From the NCBI RefSeq assembly GCF_044704955.1, contig NC_091999.1, forward strand, positions 3,472,001 to 3,536,000: 64,000 nucleotides of DNA, given 5' to 3'. Made by a program: the position numbers and the translations under genes. The stretch is from Pristiophorus japonicus (Eukaryota). Below, in pieces: positions 13,681 to 26,009 of the stretch (its first letter is position 1; each line of letters begins with the position of its first letter). The notes under the pieces were generated by a model that saw only the letters and a program-made list of their open reading frames with translations, was not told the DNA's origin and made no database searches.

Positions 13681-14099
13681 ACCATTTTTCTTTCTGTCCC
13701 TGTTTCTCTCTTTCTCAACTCACTCTCTCTCTCTCTCTCTCTCTCAACTGTCTCCCGTATCTGTGTGTATCACTCTTGCTGTGACGGAGCTTCACGCAGT
13801 GTGCTGTGCGCAACTGTTGCAGTCAATATGATCAGCGATGTGGGATCCTCCTCTCTCTATTTAAATACGCCACCAATACTGCCTACTGCACCCTGGGAAC
13901 AGCTGGGGCTAGAACCCCCACTTTTGAGCTTATCGCCCAAAAATGGCCACTTTTCTTGGCATTTGTGCATTTCACCTCCGATAACTTTATACTGCATCTA
14001 ACTTCGCCTCTTGACCTTTTTACTTGACAATTTGAACGTTCCCCTGCTCAGCCTCCCATCTTCCACCCTACATAAAGCAGAGCTCTTCCAAAACCCTCC

Positions 14100-14498
14100 T
14101 GCCCCGTGTCCTAACTCGCACCAAGTCCCACTCACCCATCACACCCTGTGTTCGCTGCCCCCGTGTCCTAACTCGCACCAAGTCCCACTCACCCATCACA
14201 CCCTGTGTTCGCTGCCCCCATGTCCTAACTCGCACCAAGTCCCACTCACCCATCACCCCCTGTGTTCGCTGCCCCCGTGTCCTAACTCGCACCCAGTCCC
14301 GCTCACCCATCACCCCCTGTGCTCGCTGACCCCGTGTCCTAACTCGCACCGAGTCCCGCTCATCCATCACCCACTGTGCTCGCTGCCCCGTCTCCTAACT
14401 TGCATCAAGTCCCACTCACCCATCACTTCCTGTGCTCACTGCTCCGTGTCCTAACTCGCACAAAGTCCCACTCACCCATCACCCCCTGTGCTCGCTGA
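14100..14498 (+). repeat. 56-57-bp L2-derived minisatellite
   Basis: Same unit as 9900-10625. Confidence 0.9.
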
Positions 14499-15164
14499 CC
14501 TACATTGGCTCCCGGTCCCACAACGCCTCGATTTTACAAATTCTAAATCCTTCTTTGAATACCTCCTGTTGTTTCCCTCTAGGGTTACCTATTAATAGCT
14601 CAGCCCGGTTTAACGTGTTCTGCCAACACCTCATTCCTTCGAAGTCAGCCTTACTTAAGTTTAAAGCTTTGGTTCGTGTGTGACCTCTCTCCTTCTCAAA
14701 CTTAATGTCAAACTCTACCATGTTGTGGTCACTGTTTGCAAGATACTCCCGTACTGTCACATTATTCATTCCTCATTACTAAGTCAAGTTGCCTTGTTGC
14801 TTCTAAATTATATTGGCCCAGAAATTCGTGTTGTGTGGTGGCTGAAAGCGGGCAGTATCGGCTCGGCTGCCAATTATATGCAGGCCCTGATAAATAATTC
14901 AATCGCAGTCAATGGAGCTGAATATCAGACTCTGTGTATAACGGGCGGCTGGTCCGATAGCACCTGTTTTATGCCACTGTCCGAGTCCAATTTCTACACC
15001 ACTGTTTCAGAAAACTGCCCTGGATATACTCTAGACATTTACTGCATTTACAACTTGAGCTATGTTGCACCTCGCAGTCGATGTGAATATTAAAATCTCC
15101 CATCATAGCCACTTTGCCGTTGCTACATGCTTCTCTGATCTCCATATTTATGTATCCTGTAACT

Positions 15165-15890
15165 CATCATCCTGATCATAGGCAGTCCCTCGGAATCGAG
15201 GAAGACTTGCTTCCACTCTAAAAGTGAGTTCTCAGGTGGCTGAACAGTCCAATACGGGAACCACAGTCTCTGTCACAGGTGGGACAGACAGTGGTTGAGG
15301 GAAAGGGTGGGTGGGGAGTCTGGTTTGCTGCACGCTCCTTCCGCTGCCTGCGCTTGCTTTCTGCGCGCTCTCGGCGACGAGACTCGAGGTGCTCAGAGCC
15401 CTCCCGGATGCACTTCCTCCACTTAGGGGCGGTCTGCTCTTTGGGCCGGGGATTCCCAGGTGCCTATGGGGATGTTGCATTTTATCAGGGAGGCTTTGAG
15501 GGTGGTCCTTGTAACGTTTCCTCTGCCCACCTTCAATCGCCTGAGGAAGAGAGAGTGTTTGAAGACGAGGACTTCAAATCTGGCACCAAGCTTATGGTCT
15601 ACAGGGCAGTAATGATACCCATCCTCCTATATGGCTCAGAGACGTGGAACATATACAGTAGGACACCTCAAATCACTGGAGAAATACCACCAACACTGCC
15701 TCCACCAGATCCTGCAAATCCACTGGGAGGACAGATGCACCAACGTCACTGTTCTCGCTCAGGCCAACATCCCCAGTATGGAAGCACTGACCACACTCGG
15801 CCAGCTCCGCTGGACGGGCCACATCGTCCTCATGGCCAACACGAGACTCCCAAAGCAAGCGCTCTACTCGGAACTCCTCCACGGCAAGCG
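15165..15890 (-). mobile_element. RTE LINE with 5' inversion
   Basis: 15165-15530 is the antisense 3' part; about 15535-15890 is the sense upstream part, ending at cacggcaagcga. Confidence 0.8.
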
Positions 15891-16990
15891 ATCTTGCTGC
15901 TGTACCACTCCTGTCAGGATATCTGTAAATATTTCCTGTATCCTTTCCTCTTGCTGTCTGTCTCTCTGTCTCTCTCTCCCTCCCTGTGTTTGTCTCTCTA
16001 TCCTCCAGGGGTGTTACCCCCGGTGTCCTGGGGCCAATATTTATCCCTCAATCAACATAACAGAAAATAAGATTATCTGGTCATTATCACATTGCTGTGT
16101 GTGGGAGCTTGCTGTGCGCAAATTGGCGTTTCCCACATTACAACAGTGACTACACTCAGAAAGTACTTCATTGGCTGAAAATTACTGAGATGTTGGGTGC
16201 TCGTTAAAGGCACTATATAAATCCAAGTCGTTCTTTTTCTCTCTCTCTGTATCTCCCTCTCTTTGTTTGTCTCTCTCTCTCTCTCTGTCCGTTTCTCTCT
16301 TTCTCAACTGTCACTTTCTCTCTCCCTATGTCCTCTCTCTTTCTGTCCTTCTCTTTCTCAACCGTCTCTCACTCTCCGTCTATCTCTCTCTCCCTGTCCT
16401 CTCTCTTTCCGTCCCTCTTTCTCAACTGGCTCCCTCTCTTAACTGACTCCCTCTCTTAACTGGCTCTTTTGTCTGTGTGTATCTCTCTTACTGTGTCCGT
16501 CTCTCTATCCCTCTCTCAATATCGTTGGTACGCAAATCATTTTCAAAAACACCAACTGAAAGCAGATTAACAGGGTCGCGAGTCGGGGCAAAAACAGCAC
16601 GTCTGTACCCAGGCTTTTGGGGAGAGGCTGAGGCCCTCAAGCAAAAACTTTAACGAGGCTATCAACAGATATAAAAGATAATTCAATGGGTAAATTTAAT
16701 CAAGTTGTTGTGAAAGAGGGAATTTTTTTGAGGTTGTTTATTTTGTGTAAAACCCTGCAGCCTAGAAATTGGTCTTGGGTGTCCGATATTCAGTTCCATT
16801 GCAATCAAATTGATGGGAGGGATAAATATTAGCCCCAGGACACCGAGGAGAACTCCCCTGCTCTTCATTAACCTTTAACCTGAGAGGGCAAACGGGACCC
16901 CGGAGTGTCACCCTAGATTTTTGTGCTCGAGTCGCTGGAGAGGGGTACTTGCAAGGGGGTTGGAGTATTAGAGTCAGGAAGATTTGCTAC

Positions 16991-17238
16991 TGTCATGTAT
17001 CTTACATTATTATATATAACTGTATCCTAACATGCTATACATGACTGTAACAAGATATGACCTGTAACCACCAGCATACCTTACCACCAGGGGTGCACTT
17101 GCAAGAGACAGGTATATAAGGACAGGTCTCAGGCAAGTGCAGCATTCCAGAGCTGTGAAATAAAGGTGCAGGTCCAGAGTGACCTTGAATTCACTACATG
17201 CCTTGTGTGAATCTGTACTGAGGGGACAGGACTTTACA
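16991..17238 (+). mobile_element. Solo LTR with 5-bp TSD GCTAC, inserted in a CR1 fragment (about 16950-17810)
   Basis: TG...CA ends, TATATAA, AATAAA, and GCTAC at 16986-16990 and 17239-17243. Confidence 0.85.
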
Positions 17239-17894
17239 GCTACAATCGTACAGGGCCTTGGTGAGACCACACCTCGAGTACTGTGCACAGTTTCTACCTC
17301 TTTATCTGAGGAAGGATATACTTGCCATGGAGGTTCACTACGTTGGAGGTGCAATGGAGGTTTACTACGTTGATTCCTGGGACGAGAGGGCTGCCCTATG
17401 ATGAGAGATTGTGTAGAATGGACCGACATTCTCTGGAGTTTAGAAGAGTGAGAGGTGATCTCATTGAAACATACAAGATCCTGAAGGGGATTGACAGGGT
17501 AGATGCTGAGAGGTTGTTTCCCCCGGGCTGGAGTATCTAGAACCAGGGGGTCACAGTCTCAGGATAAGGGGTCGGCCATTTCAGACAGAGATGAGGAGGA
17601 ATTTCTTCACTCAGAGGGTGGTGAATCTTTGGAATTCTCTGCCCCAGAGGGCTGTGGATGCTGAGTCTCTGAATATATTCAAGGCTGAGATAGAGAGCGT
17701 TTTGGAGTCTGGGGGGATCAAGGGATATGGAGATTGGGCGGGAAAGTGGAGTTGAGGGAGATGATCAGCCGTGATCTTATTGAATGGCGGAGCAGGCTCG
17801 AAGGGGCCGTTCTTGAACCCACAACCTGCTCTCTCAAGTGGACATGCTACACCAATAGATTCTGCTTCCCCACACCTAACTGTCTGCTGCTTAC

Positions 17895-17916
17895 TCGAAG
17901 TGTGTTGCTGTAAGCC
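17895..17916 (-). CDS. Candidate 22-nt microexon (..RAYSNTLR)
   Basis: ctccttccctccAG/GGCTTACAGCAACACACTTCGA/GTAAGC in a short unique island between TEs; open when joined to the exon at 19632-19660. Confidence 0.4.
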
Positions 17917-18119
17917 CTGGAGGGAAGGAGGTAGACACAGCTGCTCCCCCTCCAAGGCTAATATATCCCTCCTGAGGTACGGTGCCCAGAACTGAACGCA
18001 ATTCTCCAGATAGGGTCCAACCAGAGCTGCAACTGCAGCGTAACCGGCACCCCTTTGTATTCCAGCCCTCGCCACAAGTTTACTTGCTTTTGTGTCCCAG
18101 TCTAATGGCTTTTAACGTT

Positions 18120-18450
18120 ACAAGGACACCCTCAAAGCCTTTCTGGTCAAGTGCGACATCACCACTGACACCTGGGAGGCCCTGGCCGCAGACCGCCCGA
18201 GGTGGAGAAAGTCCATCCGGGAGGGCGTTGAGCTCTTCCGAGTCTCGACGCAAGGAGCACGAAGAGGCCAGGCGCAGGCAGCGGAAGGTGCCCGCGGCAA
18301 ACCAGCCCCACCCACCCACCCACCCCGACGAATGTCTGTCCCACCCGTAACAGGGTCTGTGGCTCTCGTATCGGACTGTTCGGCCATCAAAGAACTCACT
18401 TTGGGAGTGGAAGCAAGTCCGCCTCGATTCCGAGGGACTGCCTGCGATGA
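18120..18450 (+). mobile_element. Diverged RTE 3' fragment
   Basis: Similar to 7650-7985. Confidence 0.75.
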
Positions 18451-18929
18451 GGAACGATTTGCATACTTGGACTCCCTAAACTCTCTGCTCCTCTGCAGTT
18501 CAAACTATCTCGCCACTTAGAAAACACTCCGATTTATCCTTCTTGGCTCCAAAGTGGATTACCTCACAGTTGCGTACATTGAACTCCATCTGCTAAGTTT
18601 TGTCCACTCATCTAATCTGACGATGTCCCTTTGTAACTTCCAGCTCCCATCCGTCCCTCCTGATGGAGTGTCATCTGCAAACTTGGGTATGCAACTCTCT
18701 ATTCCTTTAGCCAAGGCATTAAGATGGTGAAATGTTGAGGCCCTGGAACAGATCCGTGGGGGAACACCACTTGTTACATCCCACCAAGGTGCCAGGTTTG
18801 GGTGCTTATAGGGGAGGGAGACACACACCATTTGAGGCTCCTATCAGCCTGAGTTTCATTAATTTTTAATTGCTTTGTGAGGTGTGCAGGGAAGCTCTCT
18901 CCGAGTTAATGGTGCCGGGGTTAGGTGCC

Positions 18930-19550
18930 AAGCTCGTCTTTGATTGCTGTGGGACACCCTTGGGTGCCAAGCCCATATGAAGACTGGTCTATAGGAACAA
19001 GTGTAGACCATTCGGCCCTTCGAGCTTCTTCTGCCACTCAATTAGATTGCGGCTGATCTGTATCAAGCCGTTAGGTGTTAAGCCCATATTGTGTTGTTGT
19101 GGGGCACCCTTGGGGGCCAAGCCCCTGTTTGGGAGCGCTGTGGTACACCCTTGGGTGCCGAGCCCTTTTATTGGATGCTGTGGGGCACCCTTGGGTGCAA
19201 AACCCACCACTGATTGCTGTGGGGCACCCTTGGGTGCCAAGCCCTTTTGTTGGATGCTATGGGGGCACCGTTGGGTGCCAAACCCATCTTTGATAGCTGT
19301 CGGCCACGCTTGGGTGTCAAACACTTGTTGCTTGCTGTGGGGAACCCTTGGGTGCCAAACCCTTTTTTGGTTGCTATGGGGCACCCTTGGGTGCCAAACC
19401 CATCTTTGATAGCTGTAGGCCACCCTTGGGTACCAAACCCTTTTGCTTGCTGTGGGGCACCCTTGGGTGCCAAACCCTTTTGCTTGCTGTGGGGCACCCT
19501 TGGGTGCCAAACCCCTTTTTGCTGGTTGCTGTGGGGCACCCTTAGGGTGC
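18930..19550. repeat. Minisatellite (about 31-33-bp unit) with palindromic core GGCACCC-TT-GGGTGCC
   Basis: Repeated ttgctgtggggcacccttgggtgccaaaccc. Confidence 0.85.
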
Positions 19551-19631
19551 AGCTATTGCCCTTGCATTGTGCTGTGGGGGCGGGGGGTGTTTGGCCAAAT
19601 TCCCCACCCCCCACCCTTGGGTGAGCCTTAC

Positions 19632-19660
19632 CTGTAGCTGGGTGGCCTTCTCCCTGCCAT
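19632..19660 (-). CDS. Candidate first coding exon of an unidentified minus-strand gene (MAGRRPPSY..)
   Basis: gaaATGG start at the CpG-island edge and consensus donor CAG/GTAAGG; ends in phase 2. Confidence 0.5.
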
Positions 19661-20940
19661 TTCCAGTCAGCCAGCTTCCCCTCCAATCTCCATGGCAACC
19701 GCGTCGCCTCCCCAAGGGGAGGCCGCGCCGAGCGACGCTCAACGTGCCGGCGGCGTCCCCGCCCACCGCGGCGGCCTCGGCCAATCGGGCCGCGCTGCCC
19801 GGCGTTGATTGACAGCCCCGCGTGCCGTCGCCGTGGAGATGAGGCTGGTTGGCGGCGGCCGGCCCCCTTGCCCCGCCCCCATTCTCCTCGCGCCGCCCCC
19901 TTTCTCCTCGCGCCCACCAACCACAACGCCGCGCGGCGCCTGCCTTTGAACGGCGTCGCCATGGAAACAGGCGCGAGGAAGGCACACGTCTTCGTTGAAC
20001 TGCCGACCGGTCATGGAAACGCACGATGCGTTCCTCGCCCTCTCCTCCCCACAGTTTCATTCAGGTGCAGCGGACGCCCACCCGCCTCCATTCGGAAACT
20101 TCACTTCCTCCCGCCCGCCTTGTAAATTTTTTAGGCCGCAGACTCACCCGCCCGCCTCCTCGGACGGCTTCAGGAAATGCGACTGGCTGAGGGAGCCGTC
20201 AATCAGGTCAGCGTTCCGCGCCGATTGGTTCGCGTCCTGCGATCGCCGCCGGGTGGTTGACATCGTGAGCGAGCGGGGGGGGCGGGACGTTCCCCACGTG
20301 ACTCACGGCAGTCACCGCGCTCTTCTCCATTGGACGGTCTCCATGTCAATCAGATCAGAGCGCCCCCCCCCCCCATCGCGCCGATTGGTTGGCGTGAGCG
20401 GGGGAGGGACGTTCCCAACGTGACTGAAGGCCGTCACCGCGCTCTTCTCCATTGGACGGTCTCCACGTCAATCTGGTCAGAGCGCCCCCCTCCCCCTATT
20501 GCGCCGATCGGTTGGCCTGAGGGGGAGGGACGTGACCCACGGCAGTCCCAATTGGACGGCCTCCACGTCAATCAGGTCAGAGCGCCCCCCCCCCATCCCT
20601 CCGATTGGTTGACGTGAGGGGGGGAGCGACGTTCCTCACGTGACTCACGGCAGTCACTACGCTCTTCCCCATTGGACGGCCTCAACGTCAATCAGGTCAG
20701 AACCCCACCCCCTCCACCACATCGCGCCGGTTGGTTGACGTCGTGAGAGGCGGGCGGGCGGGCGGGCGTGACACGGCAGTCACCGCGCTCTTTCCTATTG
20801 GACGGCGCCCACGTCACTCAAGTCGGACACGCCGCGCCCGTTGCTTCCAGCCGAAGTTTCCCGAAGCATCCGCTCCTCCCCCTCGGCCTGAACCGCCCGG
20901 GCGGGCAATCCGATTGGCCAGCCGCGCTGTCAATCACACC
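19640..20940. promoter_or_regulatory. CpG-island promoter with RFX X-box motifs and a repeated CCAAT/TGACGT module
   Basis: CpG-rich. X-box-like motifs at 19686-19699, 19955-19968 and 20008-20020. Many ATTGG/CCAAT boxes occur in about 110-120-bp repeats at 20180-20830. Confidence 0.8.
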
Positions 20941-21429
20941 TCCATCAGCCCCACTGGCTTCAGCTCACTACAACAACAACAGCTTGTATTTATGTAGCGC
21001 CTTCAACGTAGTAAAATGTCCCAAGGTGCTTCACAGGAGTATTATGAGATAAAAATTTGACCCCGGGCCACATGAGAAATTAGGGCAGGTGACCAAAACT
21101 TGTATTTATATAAAGAAAGACTTGCATTTATATAGCGCCTTTCACGACCACCCAATGCACTTTACAGCCAATGAAGTACTTTTGGAGTGCAGTCACTGTT
21201 GTATTGTGGGAAACGCCAATTTGCGCACAGTAAGCTCCCACACACAGCGATGTGATAATGACCCAGATAATCTGTTTTTTTGGTTATGTTGATTGAGGGA
21301 TAAATATTGGCCCCAGGACACCGGGGATAACTCCCCCGCTCCTCGAGGTGTAACGGGAAACCGGGCTGGGTGCCCAAGGAGAAGTTAGCACGGGTTGAGA
21401 GGTCGCCTGCACGGAGCATGTCCAGACAC

Positions 21430-22075
21430 TGACCTTTCACCCTCTGGGACCTGGAGTCAAACCCTGGCCCAGACAGAGGGGAATGAAGGTCCTCTCTCCC
21501 TCTGATGGGGGAATTGAGTGGGGCAGTGGGTCAGACACCAACCTTTCAACCTCTGGAACCTGAGGTCAAACCCTGGCCCAGACAGATGGGGAATGAAGGT
21601 CCTCTCTCCCTCTGATGGGGGAATTGAGTGGGGCAGTGGGTCAGACACCGACCTTTCACCCTCTGGCACCTGGGGTCAAACCCTGGCCCAGACAGAGGGG
21701 GATGAAAGTCCTCTCATCCTCTGATGGGGGGGTTGAGTGGGTCAGACACCGACCTTTCAACCTCTGGAACCTGAGGTCAAACCCTGGCCCAGACAGAGGG
21801 GGATGAAAGTCCTCTCATCCTCTGATGGGGGGGTTGAGTGGGTCAGACACCGACCTTTCAACCTCTGGAACCTGAGGTCAAACCCTGGCCCAGACAGAGG
21901 GGGATGAAGGTCCTCTCTCCCTCTGATGGGGGGGTTGAGTGGGGCAGTGGGTCAGACACCGACCTTTCACCCTCTGGCACCTGGGGTCAAACCCTGGCCC
22001 AGACAAAGGGGGAATGAAGGTCCTCTCTCTCTCTCTCTCCCTCTGATGGGGGATTGAGTGGGGCAGTGGGGCACA
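21430..22075. repeat. About 100-110-bp tandem repeat
   Basis: Repeated ggtcaaaccctggcccagacagaggggg..tcctctc..ctgatggggg..gggtcagacaccgacctttca. Confidence 0.85.
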
Positions 22076-22353
22076 CACTGACCTATTTGACACTGAGTGT
22101 AAGGTGCTCATCGACACCGGTGATTTCCCCCAAGTCCCTCGGCTGAGGGAGAGGGTCGGACAGGAGGACGGATTTGCCGGGGTGGGGGTGGGGGTGGGGG
22201 GGGGAAAGGCATTGGAAGCCAGGCTGACACACTCTGAACCGTAGCGTCCTGGTTACACCGGGTCACCGGGTCACTGTGCTCCACGTGAAATCGCCCGCTC
22301 CCACCTCTAACCCAAGCTCTCTCTCTCTCTTTCTCTCTCTCCCTCTTGGGCAG

Positions 22354-22498
22354 GGCAAGTGTCGAGTACAATCAGGAGTCGATGAAGAGCGCGCTGGAGA
22401 AGCTGAAGGGCATCGAGGCGGACATGGGCGGGACCGAGATCCTCCAGCCCCTCACCGCCATTTACAGCAGGCCGTGTAAACCTGGGCACCTGCGGCAG
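22354..22498 (+). CDS. VWA5A: Single VWA5A-like internal exon (vWA domain), apparently orphan
   Basis: Polypyrimidine/CAG acceptor, ASVEYNQESMKSALEKLKGIEADMGGTEILQPLTAIYSRPCKPGHLRQ, donor GTAACG. Matches the recalled VWA5A ADLGGTEILxPL...PGHPxQ segment. Neighbouring exons were not found. Confidence 0.8.
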
Positions 22499-22649
22499 GT
22501 AACGGCTCAGGTGGAATGTGTGCCGGGAGGTAACCGCTGTAAGATTAGGGTCACAGGTCACACACACATACCCAAAGGGTCTTGGGAGTTTTATAAGGCA
22601 TTTTATTAAGGGAGCGGTAGTTCAGATACAGTCAATCACAACACACAAT

Positions 22650-24160
22650 CAGGATGCATTGGTGATCATTTTCCAACAGTCTTATCGACTCTGGATCAGT
22701 TCCTATGGTCTGGAGGGTAGCTAATGTAACACCACTTTTTATAAAAGGAGGGAGAGAGAAAACGGGTAATTATAGACCGGTGAGCCTGACATCAGTAGTG
22801 GGGAGAATGTTGGAATCAATTATTAAAGATGAAATAGCAGCACATTTGGAAAGCAGTGACATGATCGGTCCAAGTCAGCATGGATTTATGAAAGGGAACC
22901 CATGCTTGACAAATCTTCTAGAAATTTTTGAGGATGTAACCGGTAGAGTGGACAAGGGAGAACCAGTGGATGTGGTGTATTTGGACTTTCAAAAGGCTTT
23001 TGACAAGGTCCCACACAAGAGATTGGTGTGCAAAATTAAAGCACATGGTATTGGGGGTAATGTACTGACATGGATAGAGAACTGGTTGGCAGACAGGAAG
23101 CAGAGAGTCGGGATAAACGGGTCCTTTTTAGAATGGCAGGCAGTGACTAGTGGAGTGCCGCAGGGCTCAGTGCTGGGATCCCAGCTATTTACAATATACA
23201 TTAATGATTTGGATGAAGGAATTGAGTGTAATATCTCCAAGTTTGCAGATGGGTGGCGGTGTGAGCTGTGAGGAGGATGCTAAGAGGCTGCAGGGTGACT
23301 TGGACAGGTTAGGTGAGTGGGTAAACGCATGGCAGATGCAGTATAATGTGGATAAATGTGAGGTTATCCACTTTGGTGGCAAAAACATAAAGGCAGAATA
23401 TTATCTGAATGGCGGCAGATTAGGAAAAGGGGTGCAACGAGACCTGGGTGTCATGGTACATCAGTCACTGAAAGTTGGCATGCAGGTACAACAGGCGGTG
23501 AAGAAGGCAAATGGCATGTTGGCCTTCATAGCTAGGGGATTTGAGTATAGGAGCAGGGAGGTCTTACTGCAGTTGTACAGGGCCTTAGTGAGGCCTCACC
23601 TGGAATATTGTGTTCAGTTTTGGTCTCCTAATCTGAGAAAGGACGTTCTTGCTATTGAGGGAGTGCAGCGAAGGTTCACCAGACTGATTCCTGGGATGGC
23701 AGGACTGACATATAAGGAGAGACTGGATCAACTGGGCCTGTATTCACTGGAGTTTAGAAGGATGAGAGGGGATCTCATAGAAACATATAAAATTCTGACG
23801 GGACTGGACAGGTTAGATGCAGGAAGAATGTTCCCGATGTTGGGGAAGTCCAGAACCAGGGGACACAGTCTAAGGATAAGGGGTAAGTCATTTAGGACTG
23901 AGATGAGGAGAAACTTCTTCACTCAGAGAGTTGTTAACCTGTGGAATTCCCAACTGCAGAGAGTTGTTGATGCCAGCTCATTGGATATATTCAAGAGGAA
24001 GTTAGATGTGGCCCTTCGGGCTAAAGGGATCAAGGGGTATGGAGAGAAAGCAGGAAAGGGGTACTGAAGGAATGATCAGCCATGATCTTATTGAATGGTG
24101 GTGCAGGCTCGAAGGGCCGAATGGCCTACTCCTGCACCTATTTTCTATGTTTCTATGATA
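22650..24160 (+). mobile_element. Young 5'-truncated CR1 LINE (frameshifted RT)
   Basis: ORFs 22705-23271 and 23150-24067, with a deletion near FADD; ttctatg tail. Confidence 0.95.
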
Positions 24161-24369
24161 AACATGGTAGGCATACAACCATGACAAGTAGTTGGTACTA
24201 GTCCCAATATTTATCCCTCGACCAAAATCACTAAAAACAGATTATCTGGTCATTCCTCACAGTGATATTTGTGGGATCGTTGTGTGTGTGCGTGCCTCCC
24301 CCCAGGTCCTAGAGCGTGAAAGGTCAGTGTTTGATCCCCAGCCCCATCTCTCAGACCCCCACCGCCCTC

Positions 24370-24930
24370 TGGATTAGGAAATGTTTCCTTTTACCAACTG
24401 CTTTCAATCTATGGCCCCTGCTTGTTGATCCCTCTGTTAAGGAAAATAGGTCTCTATCTAGGCCCTTCATAATTTTACAACCCTCAATTAGGTCTCCCCT
24501 CTGATCCAAGAAAAACAACCCCAGCCTATCCAATCTGTCCTCATAGCTACAATTCTCCAGTCCAGGCAACATCCTGGTAAATCTGTACCCTCTCCAGTGC
24601 AATCACATCTTTCCTGTAATGTGGTGACCAGAACTGTGCACGCAGTACTCCAGCTGTGGCCTAACCAGTGTTTTATACAGTTCAAGCATAACCTCCCTGC
24701 TCTTGTATTCTGTGCCTCGGCTAATAAAGGCAAGTATTCCGTGTACCTTCTTAACCACCTTATCCACCTGGCCTGCTACCTTCAGGGATCTGTGGATGTG
24801 CACTCCCAGGTCCCTCTGTTCCTCTACACCTCTCAGTGTCCTACCATTTAATGTGTATTCCCTCGCCTTGTTAGCCCTCCCCAAATGCATGACCTCAAAC
24901 TTCTCCGGATCGAACTCCATTTGCCACAGT
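24370..24930 (-). mobile_element. CR1 LINE fragment
   Basis: WQMEF...LYKTLVRPQLEYCV. Confidence 0.85.
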
Positions 24931-26009
24931 TGTAACCGATCGGCCCCTCTTTCCCCCCCCCCCCTTCCCCCCCCCCGCTGAGTGTCGTCCCCAACCCCCG
25001 GGGTCCAGCTGCCTCTACTTCGACCCCCACTATGTCCCGACGAGATTGCCCCCTCTCTGGGCTCGCCTCCAGCTGTTGGAAGGCGGTTTGAATCCCACTC
25101 GAAGGGCTGCCATCCCCTGGGAAACATGTTCACCCGTACAGGGTCTGAACCACCCCACCCCAAAACCCTCACATCGACCGGCCACAGCCCTGTCCCGACT
25201 GACGGTCAGAGGCGGGAGCCCCTCGGTCCCCATGGGGGGGGGGGGGTGGGGCGTGATTGACTGCTGAGGGAGCCCCACTCCGAGCTGGTGATGACTGCAG
25301 GTATTCAACTGCAATACGGCGGGGGAGCGGAGGGGGGGGGGGGCGGAATTGGACCCTGGAATAAAAGATGGGGGTCCCTTGAAGCTTCCCGCAAGGAAGA
25401 GCGAAGTGTTGGACATTTTCACCGTGGGGGAATCTATCTGCTACCTGTCTGTGGATGTTGCCTTCTGTCACCTGGAGTACTGCGTACAGTTTTGGTCTCC
25501 GTATTTAAGGAGGGATCATCATATCATCATCATAGGCAGTCCCTCGTGTCGAGGATGACTTGTTTCCACGCCAAAAAGGGATGAGTTCCTAGGTGTTTCA
25601 ATGAAGGGTGGACCACATGTTGAAGGGTGGAAGATGCCTGTGGGTGGATTTGTTTAACGTGGGGTGACCGTTGCACACCAGCCACCACACGGGGCTTGAC
25701 AGAGCGAGGTCTTGGTCCAGGGGCAAGGGTTAACCAGTTCGACTGGAGATCTGCTCTGCTGCACGGACCCACTGCGTACACACATATCGCAGTGTGGGCT
25801 GGGCCCATGCTGCCCCTGGGCCCTCGCCCCTTCTGGGCCCTAGACTCACGTCTCTCCTGGGCCCCGGTCACTTCCCCTTACAAACACTCGCCGCTCCTTC
25901 CCCCCTCCTGCTGTGCCTGCTCGCACTGTAACCAGCGAGCTGGCTTCCCAGCCATCGCCCTCCTGTAGTGGTATCCCACCGCACACTGTTCCCTCTGATG
26001 GCCCCGGCC

